From an uncultured Erysipelotrichaceae bacterium (GTDB lineage: Bacteria > Bacillota_I > Bacilli_A > RF39 > UBA660): a stretch of 64,000 nucleotides of DNA. The stretch lies in NCBI GenBank assembly GCA_902783315.1, contig CACZQK010000073.1, forward strand, positions 2,498-66,497. Reading direction: 5' to 3'. Numbering within the stretch: the stretch's first letter is position 1; each line of letters begins with the position of its first letter. The translations under genes were made by a program, and so were the position numbers. Below are positions 20,057 through 30,363 of the stretch, one piece after another. The notes below the pieces were generated by a model. The model saw only the letters and a list, made by a program, of their open reading frames with translations, did no database searches and was not told where the DNA came from.

Positions 20057-21007
20057 ATGTATTTTAATAATGGAGTGAACCGTAATGTATCGGTTCGTAA
20101 GACCGTTTTTCCTAATCCTAAAGATATACAATTAAGGGTTGCTGCAATTGGTGATATTCATCTTTCTCGTTTGGTTGGAATGAATGATGTAATACAAATT
20201 CTTGAATTATTAAAGGAAGTTAAATCTGATTATATATGTTTGTTGGGGGATTTAATAGATTCCCCTACAGTGTTATATGATTCAAGAAAAGTTGATGAAC
20301 TATTGTATTTAGTGGAAGAATGTAGCAAAATTGCGCCAACTATGATAGTTTTGGGGAATCATGATTTTATTAATCAAGAGATTTTGGGATTTCCTAGTGT
20401 ATTAAAGGATATGAGTATTTGGAATGAATTAGATAGCATTAAAGATGTACATTTTTTAAACAACACAACATATACTGATGGCAATGTTTTTTTTGGAGGC
20501 TATTTACAACCAAGAGAATCTTATTTTGTGGAAGGTGAAAAGTACCAAAGAGATGCAGGACCTTTATATGATGATTTAAAAAAACAAAGGGTTTTGTTGA
20601 ATGATTTACCAAGTGACATGGTGAAGATTTTATTAACTCATTCTTTAGAATATTTAGGGGATACAAGGATTAAAGAATTGCTTGTTCCAGCTTATAATTT
20701 GGTACTTGGTGGACATGATCATAATGGGTGTGTTCCTACACTAATTGATGGCTTTTGGCCAGGAAATGGTGGGATAATATCTCCTAAAAAACAATTATTT
20801 CCTAAACAAGTTAGGGGAATTGTAAAAGCTGATTCGTGTTTATATTATGTATATAGTGGTGGTTGGTCGAAAATAACAGCTTGTGCACCATCTGCTCTTC
20901 AATTTCTCAATTTTTTTTGTGATCCTCAAATTGATATTATAGATTTTATTCCTGGAGGACAATACCAAACTGAAAATAAAAGGTATGTTTTACGAAAACA
21001 TTGGTAA
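20057..21007 (+). CDS. Calcineurin-like metallophosphoesterase
   Basis: Motifs GDIH, GDLID, GNHD, GGHDH; strong RBS GGAGGGAGGAG before ATG 20057. Confidence 0.7.
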   Translation: MYFNNGVNRNVSVRKTVFPNPKDIQLRVAAIGDIHLSRLVGMNDVIQILELLKEVKSDYICLLGDLIDSPTVLYDSRKVDELLYLVEECSKIAPTMIVLGNHDFINQEILGFPSVLKDMSIWNELDSIKDVHFLNNTTYTDGNVFFGGYLQPRESYFVEGEKYQRDAGPLYDDLKKQRVLLNDLPSDMVKILLTHSLEYLGDTRIKELLVPAYNLVLGGHDHNGCVPTLIDGFWPGNGGIISPKKQLFPKQVRGIVKADSCLYYVYSGGWSKITACAPSALQFLNFFCDPQIDIIDFIPGGQYQTENKRYVLRKHW

Positions 21008-21049
21008 AAATACAGAAAATGTGATATCTTATATTAAGATGGTGATTTT

Positions 21050-21697
21050 ATGAAGAAAAGAAAGAATATGAAAGTAGTACTTATTTTATTATTTATAATT
21101 GTAACTATGTACATCATTTTGGTTAAAACAGTTGACGTTCAAGCAATTGGTCCGAATGGATCTGCTGTTGGTTTTGCAACTATTAATGGTTGGTTTCATC
21201 AGATGATTGGTTTGAATGATACTTGGTATAAAATAACGAAATATTTAGGTGTTTTACCATTCCTTTATGTGCTGTTTTATGGGATTATTGGTATGAGACA
21301 GTTACTTAATACAAAGAGTATCAAAAAAATGGATAAAAAAATAATTGCTTTAGGATGCTTTTATGTTGCGGTTGGACTTGTATATATATTATTTGAAAAA
21401 GTAATTATTAATTATAGACCAGTTATATTGGATGGTAGTTTAGAAGCTTCATTTCCATCATCTCATACGATGCTAGCTATTTGTGTGTGTTTATCTGCTA
21501 TGTTTATGAACTCTTATTATATTAAAAATGATAGTCTGAGAAAAAAAGTAAATATTGCAACGTGGATTTTAATGATATTACTGGTCCTTGGAAGATTGTT
21601 GTCGGGGGTGCATTGGTTTACTGATATTTTAGGTGGTGTTATTATTTCACTGTTTTTAGTTTTTGGTTTTTATATGGTCTGTCAAAAATCGAAATAA
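21050..21697 (+). CDS. PAP2-family (type 2 phosphatidic acid phosphatase) membrane phosphatase
   Basis: PAP2 motifs PSSH and SGVHWFTDILGG; several TM helices. Confidence 0.75.
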   Translation: MKKRKNMKVVLILLFIIVTMYIILVKTVDVQAIGPNGSAVGFATINGWFHQMIGLNDTWYKITKYLGVLPFLYVLFYGIIGMRQLLNTKSIKKMDKKIIALGCFYVAVGLVYILFEKVIINYRPVILDGSLEASFPSSHTMLAICVCLSAMFMNSYYIKNDSLRKKVNIATWILMILLVLGRLLSGVHWFTDILGGVIISLFLVFGFYMVCQKSK

Positions 21698-21704
21698 TTG
21701 TCAT

Positions 21705-21733
21705 AAAAAAAGATATAGTGATATATCTTTTTT
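21705..21733. terminator. Rho-independent terminator (bidirectional-looking hairpin)
   Basis: AAAGATATA-GTGA-TATATCTTT followed by a T-run. Confidence 0.55.
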
Positions 21734-21796
21734 AGTTGATATTTTTAATCTATAAGAGTAGAATGTAATAGAATGTTTTAATAGAGAGGAATAAAT

Positions 21797-23527
21797 ATGA
21801 GATTATTAAAAAATTTGTTTACTCATTTGTTTAAAGCTAAAAGTAGAAATGAGCCTTGGTTAGATTATTATTCTAGAGAAGAGCGTAGTATTAAATTTAC
21901 TACTAAGTCTATTTATAGTTATATGGTAGACCGAGTAGGAGTGGATACAGACTTTGTTGCATTAAACTATTTTGGTACTAAAATTAGTTATAATGAATTA
22001 TTTGATAATATTAATATTTGTGCTAGAGCTCTTAGATGCTTTGGAGTGAAAGAGAAAGATGTGGTTACTATTTGTTTGCCTAATATGCCTGAGGCTATTT
22101 ATGCTTTTTATGCTTGCAACAAAATTGGGGCTATTGCGGATATGATTCATCCTTTAAGTAGTAAGGAGCAAATTAAATTTTATTTAAAAGAAAATAAAAG
22201 TAGATTTTTATTTTTAGTTGATTTTGATTATGAAAAAGTAAGGGATATTCTTGATGAAACTGTTGTTTATAAGACAATTTTGGTATCGCCTAAATTGAGT
22301 ATGCCTTTTGGAATAAGTATTGGTTATACATTAACAAGAAGTATTAAAATGAGACGACCTAGTTTTCGTGATAGCGATTATATGTCATGGAGAGAATTTA
22401 TGTTAAAAGGTACTACCTATAGTAAAACCTATCAAGCAAATGTGAAAAAAAATGATATTGCAGTTATTCTTCATAGTGGAGGAACCACAGGGACTCCTAA
22501 AGGAATCATGATTTCTAATTTTAGTTTTAATGCTTTAGCTCAGCAATCATCCGTTAATGTTATTGATGTTCGTCCAAAAGATAAGATTGTAACAATCTTG
22601 CCCATTTTTCACGGTTTTGGTTTAGGAATTTGTGTACATACTCCATTATGTCTTAAAGTAGAAACAATTTTAGTTCCAGAATATAATGCTAAACAATTTT
22701 ATAAAATATGGAAGAATGATAAACCACATGTCATTTTAGGTGTTCCCACTCTTTGGGAGGGAATGATGAGCAATAAATACTTTGATAAAATTGATATGAG
22801 TCAATTAAAATATATTATAAGTGGTGGTGATTATTTATCTGTTTCTACTGAGATGAAAATTAATGACTATTTACATAAGCATGGTGCCCATGTTAATATC
22901 TCTAAAGGCTATGGAATGACAGAGTCTGTTGCAGCTACAGCTTATACTTTTCCAGGAACAAATGAACCTGGAAGTATTGGAATTCCAATGGTTGGAAATT
23001 CTTATAAAATATGTGACCCCAAAACGGGAAAAGAACTAAAATTGGGTGAAGAAGGTGAAATTTGTGTTAATGGACCTACTTTAATGAAGGGGTATTTAAA
23101 TAATATAAAAGAGACAAGAAAAGTGTTAAGAAAGCACAATGATGGGAAAATTTGGCTTCATACAGGTGATGTTGGTTATATTTCTTCAAATGGGGTGGTT
23201 TACTATACTCAAAGAATTAAACGAATGATTATCGTATCAGGATTTAATGTTTATCCAAGTATGATTGAACAAGTTTTAGAATCTCACCCGGCTATTAAAA
23301 AGGCTTGTGTAGTTGGAGTTCCACATCCTTATAAAATGCATGTTCCTAAAGCATTTTTGATATTAAATGATGGATATAAAGAGACTGGAAAATTAAAAAA
23401 AGAGCTACAAAGTTTGTGTAAGGAAAAATTAGCAGTCTTTTCTGTTCCAAAGATGTTCGAATTTCGATCTGAATTTCCTAAAACGCTTTACAGTAAAACG
23501 GATTATAACAAATTAGAAAAAGAATAA
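21797..23527 (+). CDS. AMP-binding enzyme, long-chain fatty-acid--CoA ligase-like
   Basis: AMP-binding signature ILHSGGTTGTPKG, GYGMTE, and a C-terminal conserved Lys context. Confidence 0.85.
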   Translation: MRLLKNLFTHLFKAKSRNEPWLDYYSREERSIKFTTKSIYSYMVDRVGVDTDFVALNYFGTKISYNELFDNINICARALRCFGVKEKDVVTICLPNMPEAIYAFYACNKIGAIADMIHPLSSKEQIKFYLKENKSRFLFLVDFDYEKVRDILDETVVYKTILVSPKLSMPFGISIGYTLTRSIKMRRPSFRDSDYMSWREFMLKGTTYSKTYQANVKKNDIAVILHSGGTTGTPKGIMISNFSFNALAQQSSVNVIDVRPKDKIVTILPIFHGFGLGICVHTPLCLKVETILVPEYNAKQFYKIWKNDKPHVILGVPTLWEGMMSNKYFDKIDMSQLKYIISGGDYLSVSTEMKINDYLHKHGAHVNISKGYGMTESVAATAYTFPGTNEPGSIGIPMVGNSYKICDPKTGKELKLGEEGEICVNGPTLMKGYLNNIKETRKVLRKHNDGKIWLHTGDVGYISSNGVVYYTQRIKRMIIVSGFNVYPSMIEQVLESHPAIKKACVVGVPHPYKMHVPKAFLILNDGYKETGKLKKELQSLCKEKLAVFSVPKMFEFRSEFPKTLYSKTDYNKLEKE

Positions 23528-23531
23528 AAAT

Positions 23532-24299
23532 TTAATGTAAAATAGAAAGACACAGTATCATAATTAGGCTTCCTAGAGCAAATCCCAATAATGAAGTTTT
23601 TTTCTTTTTGTATTGAAATGAATTTGGCAAAAGATCAATGAAAGATAAATGAAGCATAATTCCTGCTGTTGTAGAAAAAAGATAGAAAAGTAATAGCTTA
23701 TTTATATAGTTTTTAAAAAATAGATATGCAAAAATGGCTCCTAAAAATTCTGAAAAGCCTGAAATGAATGTGTAGTTGAACGCTTTTTTCTTATCTTTTG
23801 TAGAATAATAAATAGGAATAGCAATAGCAATACCTTCTGGAATATTATGTAGGGCAATAGCAAATGCTAAAGATATTCCTAGTGAATAGTTTGCTTCTGT
23901 TGTAAGATAAGTTGTTATTCCTTCTGGTATGTTATGAAGTATTAATACAATAATTGATAATATCCCTAGCTTATAAAGTGAGTTTGTTTTTATTTTTGTT
24001 TCTATTTTCATATCGATATAGGAGGATAGAAAAAAACCGATTAGAATCGAAATTATTGTTAATAAAATTTGATGCAAAAAGTCTCCTGTTTTTAAACATA
24101 AAAATGCTTCTGGTATTAATGAAAAACAAGATAAGAAAATCATTACACCGGCAGAAAATGATAACGAAAACGGAATTAAAATATTTTGGTATTTCTTTGA
24201 AATAAATATTGGAAGAAAACCTATCGTTGTTGATATTCCAGAAAAAAATGGAATCAAAAGGGAATAAAATTTTGTATTCATATTAGATTTTATTCTCAA
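23532..24299 (-). CDS. zupT: ZIP family metal (zinc) transporter
   Basis: Repeated HNIPEGI motifs (LHNIPEGITT, LHNIPEGIAIA) and multiple TM helices. Confidence 0.8.
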   Translation of the reverse strand: MRIKSNMNTKFYSLLIPFFSGISTTIGFLPIFISKKYQNILIPFSLSFSAGVMIFLSCFSLIPEAFLCLKTGDFLHQILLTIISILIGFFLSSYIDMKIETKIKTNSLYKLGILSIIVLILHNIPEGITTYLTTEANYSLGISLAFAIALHNIPEGIAIAIPIYYSTKDKKKAFNYTFISGFSEFLGAIFAYLFFKNYINKLLLFYLFSTTAGIMLHLSFIDLLPNSFQYKKKKTSLLGFALGSLIMILCLSILH

Positions 24300-24343
24300 A
24301 TTGGTATAAATATGTTATAATTAGGACGTTTAGGAGAAACAAT

Positions 24344-24946
24344 ATGAATTATGATTTGGAAATGGAAAAACAGATAAAGAACATAAAAAAAGGTACTAAG
24401 CTTTTTTTACACGTTTGTTGTGCTCCTTGTTCATCGGCTGTACTTGAAAGGTTAGGAAATTTTTTTGAGATTACTCTTTTTTATTATAATCCAAACATTA
24501 CGGAAAAGGATGAATATTTAAAGAGAATCGATGAAGTTAAAAATCTAGTATCTTATCTTGAATGTGAACATAAAATTTCTGTAATAGAAGGAGACTATGA
24601 CCCAAATATCTTTTTTGAAATGGCTCGTGGGTTGGAAAATGAGCCGGAGAAAGGGCGAAGATGCTTTAAATGTTATGAACTTCGTTTGAGGGAAACAGCT
24701 AGAATGGCTAAGGCCTTGGGTTTTGATTATTTTTGCACTACTTTGACATTATCTCCTCATAAAAACTCTAACTGGATAAATGAAATTGGAATGAATTTAA
24801 GTGAAGAGTATTATGTTAATTATTTGTATTCTGATTTTAAAAAGAAAGGTGGATACAAAAGAAGTATTGAGCTTTCTCATCAATATCATCTATATAGGCA
24901 GGACTATTGTGGTTGTATTTATTCTAGAAAGAAAAAAAATTCGTGA
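24344..24946 (+). CDS. queH: Epoxyqueuosine reductase QueH (DUF208)
   Basis: Hallmark LHVCCAPCSSA motif and conserved Cys pairs (CFKCYELR…, YCGCIY); ~200 aa. Confidence 0.8.
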   Translation: MNYDLEMEKQIKNIKKGTKLFLHVCCAPCSSAVLERLGNFFEITLFYYNPNITEKDEYLKRIDEVKNLVSYLECEHKISVIEGDYDPNIFFEMARGLENEPEKGRRCFKCYELRLRETARMAKALGFDYFCTTLTLSPHKNSNWINEIGMNLSEEYYVNYLYSDFKKKGGYKRSIELSHQYHLYRQDYCGCIYSRKKKNS

Positions 24947-25020
24947 TTTTTAGAAATAGAAAACCCATTCTTTACTTGATACATAAATTATAATATAATC
25001 TTAATAAAGAGGGTGTTACA

Positions 25021-26343
25021 ATGAAATATTATTGTATAGGAATTAAAGGGACTGGAATGTCTGCGTTAGCACAAATTTTACATGATTTGGGTCATGAAGT
25101 ATCTGGATATGATGATGCTAAAGGTTATAAGTTTACACAGGTTGGATTGGAAGAGAGGCATATACCAATTTATACTGATCAATCTCATGAAATTGATTCT
25201 GATACTATTGTAACTTATAGTGTGGCTTTTTGTGATAGTCATCCAGAGTTGCAAAGGGTAAGAAATTTGGGATTAAAGATTGTCAAATATAGTGCGTTGA
25301 TGGGTGAAGTAATTGATATGTTTTGTTCTATTGGTGTAAGCGGAACTCATGGTAAAACAACAACTTCCTCACTTGTTCGACATATTTTAGAAGAGAATGG
25401 TGGTTGCAATTATTTTATTGGTGCTGGAGATGGCTATGCTGCTGCAGATAGTGATTATTTTGTAGTTGAATCAGATGAATTTAATCGTCATTTTACTGCT
25501 TATCATCCTATGTATTCCATTATTACAAATATTGAAAGAGAACATATGGAATGTTATCAAGATATTGATGATATTCGAAATGCTTTTGAAATTTTTGCTA
25601 ACCAAACAAAGAAATTAGTAATAGCCAACGGTGATAATGATGAAGTAAGAAAAATAAACTATAAAACTAAAGTTCAATTTTATGGTTTTGGATTTACTAA
25701 TGACGTTGTTATCAAAAATTTGAAACCTTTGGAAAATGGCTCTAGATTTGATGTATATATAAAAGAAACGCTATATGGTTCTTTTGAGGTTCCTTTATAT
25801 GGTAAACATATGGCCTTAGATACTTGTGCAGCTATTTTGATTTGTAAAGATTTGGGAATTCCAAAAGAGAAAATTTACGAAGCTTTGAAAACATTTAAAA
25901 ATGCTAAAAGAAGGTTTGCGGTTGAGAAGATTCGAAATACAATTATTATTGATGACTATGCCCATCATCCTACAGAAATAAGGGCTACTTTGGAAGCAGC
26001 AAGACAAAAATATCCTACAAAAAGATTGGTGGCTATTTTTAAACCAAATACATATTCTAGAACAAGAGATTTTCAAGATGAATTTATAGAAGCGTTAAAA
26101 GTTGCGGATAGAGTTTTTTTGACTGAGATTGATTGTAATAGGGAGAATCCAATGGATTATCCTGGTGTTAGTTCTAAAAATATAGTTAATCAAATTGACG
26201 GTGCGGATATCATTAGCGAAGATACCATCTATAAATTAGGGGATGAGATGGATTCTGTGATTTGTTTTATGAGTTGTGCTTATGTTGATCAGTTGATTGA
26301 AAGTTTAAAGGTATATATATCTAATTTCGCTAAAGAAGAATAA
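25021..26343 (+). CDS. murC: UDP-N-acetylmuramate--L-alanine ligase
   Basis: GIKGTGMSALAQIL N-terminus, GTHGKTTTSS ATP-binding loop, Mur ligase central and C-terminal domains. Confidence 0.9.
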   Translation: MKYYCIGIKGTGMSALAQILHDLGHEVSGYDDAKGYKFTQVGLEERHIPIYTDQSHEIDSDTIVTYSVAFCDSHPELQRVRNLGLKIVKYSALMGEVIDMFCSIGVSGTHGKTTTSSLVRHILEENGGCNYFIGAGDGYAAADSDYFVVESDEFNRHFTAYHPMYSIITNIEREHMECYQDIDDIRNAFEIFANQTKKLVIANGDNDEVRKINYKTKVQFYGFGFTNDVVIKNLKPLENGSRFDVYIKETLYGSFEVPLYGKHMALDTCAAILICKDLGIPKEKIYEALKTFKNAKRRFAVEKIRNTIIIDDYAHHPTEIRATLEAARQKYPTKRLVAIFKPNTYSRTRDFQDEFIEALKVADRVFLTEIDCNRENPMDYPGVSSKNIVNQIDGADIISEDTIYKLGDEMDSVICFMSCAYVDQLIESLKVYISNFAKEE

Positions 26344-26407
26344 TTCTTCTTTTTTTCTTGATTTATTAAAAGGAAATCGATAAAATAATTTGTAGGGAGA
26401 GTTTGGT

Positions 26408-27163
26408 ATGAAAAAATGGTTTAGAAGAGAAAAAAAAGAAGAAGTTTTTAATTATGAAGAAGAATTGAAAGAGGAGTTAAAAAATAATAGTATTGTCTTG
26501 TCTTTTGCTATATCTATTATTATTATTGGTTTTATTTCTATATTTTATAAAAATAATCATACTTTATTGATAGGAATTGCAATCAGTTCATTATTGTTAA
26601 CTATTATTCAGTGCTTTAGCAATGGAAATACTATATTGAATATATTTCCAATATTTACATTGTTAATTTTTGGCTTTTTTGAAAAATCTATAAAGAATAT
26701 TCCAGTTATTAATGTTTTGCTACAAGAACAATATGCTGATTTTATTATCTTTTTAGCGTTTAGTTTAACTTTTTTGACTCAAGCGTATAAAAATATCTTA
26801 TTTAAACATAGCTTAAAAGAGGAAAGTGTTAATTATAACGATGAGAAAAATAAGATGATTTATTCTGAATTACAGGTTATTAAGAATATAAAAGAAAAAT
26901 CTTTAAATATAAAGAAAACTTTAGATGATGAAAAAGTCAGTAATGCCACTATAAATGAGGCTATTGAAGATTTGTTAAAGTATATAGAAGATGAGGGCTT
27001 TATTAGTAATGTAAAAGCAACTCTAATTACTCGTGGTAGTGAAAATAAAAAAGTAACATTTAATATTGAAGAGGTTGAAGAGTCTATTATGCTAAATAGT
27101 TCTTTAATTAGAAATCGTGAAATTAATGCTAATGAAAATATGGAAGAAGATTTTTCATTATAG
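26408..27163 (+). CDS. Membrane protein with a C-terminal coiled/acidic region, hypothetical
   Basis: RBS GGGAGAG; three or four TM helices then a K/E-rich region. Confidence 0.45.
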   Translation: MKKWFRREKKEEVFNYEEELKEELKNNSIVLSFAISIIIIGFISIFYKNNHTLLIGIAISSLLLTIIQCFSNGNTILNIFPIFTLLIFGFFEKSIKNIPVINVLLQEQYADFIIFLAFSLTFLTQAYKNILFKHSLKEESVNYNDEKNKMIYSELQVIKNIKEKSLNIKKTLDDEKVSNATINEAIEDLLKYIEDEGFISNVKATLITRGSENKKVTFNIEEVEESIMLNSSLIRNREINANENMEEDFSL

Positions 27164-27278
27164 TGAAGGAGAAAACTAGAGTAGTCTAGTTTTTTATATT
27201 AATGGTCTAGCTGTTAATTGATTTACATCTGAATCTATATATGATACAATATATTTGCTTTTGTCATGAGGTGATAAA

Positions 27279-28721
27279 ATGAGGAAAAAGAAAGAACTAA
27301 AAGGTGTTTCTTTTTGGAAAAAGAATATTTTAAGTTTAGTATGTTTAATCTTAACAGCTTGGTTTATAGTATCTTTAATGGCTGTAAATATTTTACCTTT
27401 TAGATATATTTTAATAATTTCGTTTTTATTATTATTTTTAGATATTATTGGTATTGTTTTAATTAATATATCTAAGAAAAAAGTTTTAAAAGTAATAGGA
27501 ATTATGGTGGTGTTATTCTCTATTGTTGGAAATTTGGTAGCACTATATTATTTATCTAGTACACAAAAATTTGTAAGTAAATCTTTTATGGTATCTTCTA
27601 AGAAAATATATCAGAAGAATACTTATTACATTTTGGCTTTAGCAAGTAAAAATAGAAAGAAAGCAGATATATCTTCTGAAATTTCAACTTACACTGAAAC
27701 AGTGTATTTGGATAAAGCTATGAAAAAATTAAAGGAAAAATATGAAGTTTCAGAAAAAAGATATGAAGATATAGATTCTATGTTTGACAATTTAAACAAC
27801 GAGATTGATGAGTTTTTATTGATAGAAAAGTCGGCGTATGAAATAATTTTGAGTATTTCAGAAAAGGTGAATAAAAATAATTATGATATAATATACAAAT
27901 TCGATGTAATTACGGAAAGAGAAAATGCTAGTAGTAACGATACAGAAAAGTTCAATATCTATGTTGGCGGAACAGATTTTGCTGGATTAATGGATTTTAA
28001 TATGATTGCTACAGTAAATACTGCTACTCATAAAGTACTTTTAACAAGCGTCCCAAGAGATTATTATATTGAAGTTGCTAATAAAGGCGGAAGACGCGAT
28101 AAGCTTAGTTTTATGAAAACTTATGGGGAAGATGTTAATAGAAATTCGTTAGCAAACTTTTTTAATACTAATATAGATTATAGTGTAATTGTTAATACTG
28201 ATAGTTTAGTTGAAGTAGTAGATTATGTTGGAGGAATTGATTTCTGTAGTAATTATACTTTTACTACGACCCATGCTTTGGTAAAAGATACTTATATTGA
28301 TACAGGAAAAAAACTAACAATACATAAAGGATGTCAACATCTAAATGGGATTGAGGCGTTGACTGTTGCTAGGGAAAGAATAGCTTTTCCTGGAAGTGAT
28401 GTAGCAAGGCAAGAAAATTGTCAAAAAATATTGTTAGATATTCTTAAAAAATTAATAAGTGCTGATACATTACTACATTATAATAGAACTCTAAATACTT
28501 TAAGTTCTTTGTACAATACTAATATTCCTAAAGAGATTGTTACTAATATTACCAAAGACTTATTAGATAATAGAAATGTTTGGCAAATTGAGACACAGGC
28601 TGTATATGGGGAGGATACCAAGGATAAAGTTTACCTATCTAATCTTATTGATTGGGTAATGTATCCTGATATGGATAGCGTTGAGAAAGCAAAACTAAAA
28701 ATAGGGGAGACACTAAAATAG
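27279..28721 (+). CDS. LytR-CpsA-Psr (LCP) family cell-envelope phosphotransferase
   Basis: N-terminal TM segments; LCP core (…NIYVGGTDFAG…LTSVPRDYYIEV…GGRRDKL…VDYVGGIDF). Confidence 0.75.
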   Translation: MRKKKELKGVSFWKKNILSLVCLILTAWFIVSLMAVNILPFRYILIISFLLLFLDIIGIVLINISKKKVLKVIGIMVVLFSIVGNLVALYYLSSTQKFVSKSFMVSSKKIYQKNTYYILALASKNRKKADISSEISTYTETVYLDKAMKKLKEKYEVSEKRYEDIDSMFDNLNNEIDEFLLIEKSAYEIILSISEKVNKNNYDIIYKFDVITERENASSNDTEKFNIYVGGTDFAGLMDFNMIATVNTATHKVLLTSVPRDYYIEVANKGGRRDKLSFMKTYGEDVNRNSLANFFNTNIDYSVIVNTDSLVEVVDYVGGIDFCSNYTFTTTHALVKDTYIDTGKKLTIHKGCQHLNGIEALTVARERIAFPGSDVARQENCQKILLDILKKLISADTLLHYNRTLNTLSSLYNTNIPKEIVTNITKDLLDNRNVWQIETQAVYGEDTKDKVYLSNLIDWVMYPDMDSVEKAKLKIGETLK

Positions 28722-28867
28722 ACTTTTACGTAGTATTAGATGATGAAGCATTGCATATATATTATGTTTGAGATATAGTGAAAGGGTATTATTGTGTTTA
28801 ACTAAATACAAGGACAAAAAATATAGTTATCTACTTTAGAAAAACATATTGACTATTTAGTAATAAG

Positions 28868-28889
28868 ACGGATAAAAGATCCGTTTTTT
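28868..28889 (+). terminator. Rho-independent terminator
   Basis: ACGGAT-AAAAG-ATCCGT followed by TTTTT. Confidence 0.5.
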
Positions 28890-29144
28890 GTTTGGTATAA
28901 TAAATAGTAAGAAAATCATTATATTACGATATTTTAATAATTTGGATATTGCTATTTGTTTTTATAGATCGTGTCAGCTACTATTAGTGTCTTTTTATCT
29001 GATCTCTTTGATTCATTTGCAAGATATTATTTTTGATATTCTAGAGAACTCCACTTTTTTCTTAAACGCTTGTTTATGATGCTAAAGTGTTTTTTTTCTT
29101 GATTATTTTAGTATAATGTGATAAATTATTAATGTAATTTGTAT

Positions 29145-29221
29145 GGCCTGTTGGTGAAGTGGCTTAACACATTACCCTCTCAAGGTAACATTCACGGATT
29201 CGAATTCCGTACAGGCTACCA
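29145..29221 (+). tRNA. tRNA-Glu, anticodon CUC (77 nt including encoded CCA)
   Basis: Manual cloverleaf: acceptor GGCCTGT/ACAGGCT, D-arm GTG…CAC, anticodon stem TTACC/GGTAA with loop C-T-CTC-A-A, T-arm ACGGA-TTCGAAT-TCCGT, discriminator A, CCA. Overall close to Firmicute tRNA-Glu, but the anticodon is CUC rather than UUC. Confidence 0.75.
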
Positions 29222-29232
29222 ATTAAATATTA

Positions 29233-29257
29233 CTAGATTTTGTATCTAGTTTTTTTT
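29233..29257 (+). terminator. Rho-independent terminator of the tRNA gene
   Basis: CTAGAT-TTTGT-ATCTAG followed by T8. Confidence 0.7.
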
Positions 29258-29259
29258 GT

Positions 29260-30090
29260 GTGCGTGCATGGCATATATCTAGGCAGTCAGAATAAATAAG
29301 TAGGAAAGATTAGCGTATCTAAAGAAAAGTCCTATAAAAGATATTAGTCTATGAGCGAAATTAGAAAGGATGAAATAAATCAAGATAAACTAATAGGAAT
29401 AATAAGAAGAACAATAAAAGAGGTAATCTTGTATCTCTAATTAGGAAATCCTTACAAAGTAGAGTAATGGAAAATGGCGTATTACAACCAACTAAGAAAG
29501 AAACTCCACAAGGAGGAAACTTAAGCCCCTTATTATCTAATATAATGCTTAATGAATTAGATAAAGAACTTGAGGCAAGAGGACTTAACTTTGTTAGATA
29601 CGCCGATGATTGTTTAATAATGGTTAAATCAGAAAAAGCAGCAAATAGTGTTATGGAAAGTATAACTAAGAAATTAGGATTAAAAGTGAATGTAGAAAAG
29701 AGTAAAGTAGCAAGACCAGATGATATAAAATACCTAGGATTTTGATTTTACAAGAAAATGAATCAGAATATATGGAGACCAAAACTACATATTAAGTCAG
29801 TACATATGAAAAGTATATTAACAAACATAGACAAAAATATTCTTAGAAAACTGGAATATTACATAGAGATGCATATGTGATAGTAAACTCTAGAAGAGGT
29901 TATTATCACATTGCTCATACAAGAGTACTAGAAACTGCAATAACCAAAGAAAGATTAAATAAAAGAGACCTAGTAAATTCGATAGACCACTACTTAAAAG
30001 TTCATATTATTACAAATTAAAACGCTGTATATCGAACAGTACGTATGATGGTGTGAAAGGGTATCATATCAATAAATGTCGAAAACTTTT
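29260..30090 (+). mobile_element. Internally deleted, decayed group II intron (probably bacterial class C type), inserted immediately after the terminator T-run; 3' boundary approximate
   Basis: GTGCG at 29260-29264 (group II 5' consensus GUGYG) directly after T8. Truncated RT ORF (RT domains 5-7) and frameshifted X/maturase remnants (…FYKKMNQNIWRPKLHIKSVHMKSI…, …YYHIAHTRVLETAI…). A GAAA-tetraloop hairpin near 30030-30060 is a possible domain V remnant. Confidence 0.55.
29428..29745 (+). pseudogene. Group II intron reverse transcriptase fragment (RT domains 4-7 only)
   Basis: LIRKSLQSRVMENGVLQPTKKETPQGGNLSPLLSNIMLNELDKELEARGLNFVRYADDCLIMV…KVNVEKSKVARP..YLGF; YADD active-site motif. No RT domains 0-3 upstream (an open low-complexity frame runs back to the TAA at 29386-29388, then junk). 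Confidence 0.7.
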
Positions 30091-30171
30091 ATTGAAAATT
30101 TACTCTATTTGATTGTAAAATTATGTTTAAAATTTTTAATACTGACCATATTAATTATGGGAGGAATATAA

Positions 30172-30363
30172 ATGACACAAAAAGAATTATTATATGTTGA
30201 AGATGCTATTTGTCATGAACAAATTATTATTAAAGTATTAGTAGATGCTTTAGAGCAATTAGAGGATGAAAAATTAAAAGTTTATATGGAAAATCAAAAG
30301 AAAACTCATGAGAAGATGGAAAAGAAATTGAAGAAGCTTTTGGAGGGAATAAAAAATGAATGA
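30172..30363 (+). CDS. Small CotF-like / ferritin-like spore coat associated protein (first of an overlapping pair)
   Basis: RBS GGGAGGAATATAA; 63 aa, helical; stop overlaps the next start (ATGAATGA), suggesting coupling. Confidence 0.4.
   Translation: MTQKELLYVEDAICHEQIIIKVLVDALEQLEDEKLKVYMENQKKTHEKMEKKLKKLLEGIKNE

Noticed and set aside
28888-29079. 63-aa ORF upstream of the tRNA
   Set aside because: No RBS and a hydrophobic low-complexity translation. The region more likely holds the tRNA promoter and terminator signals (extended -10 TGGTATAAT at ~28901).
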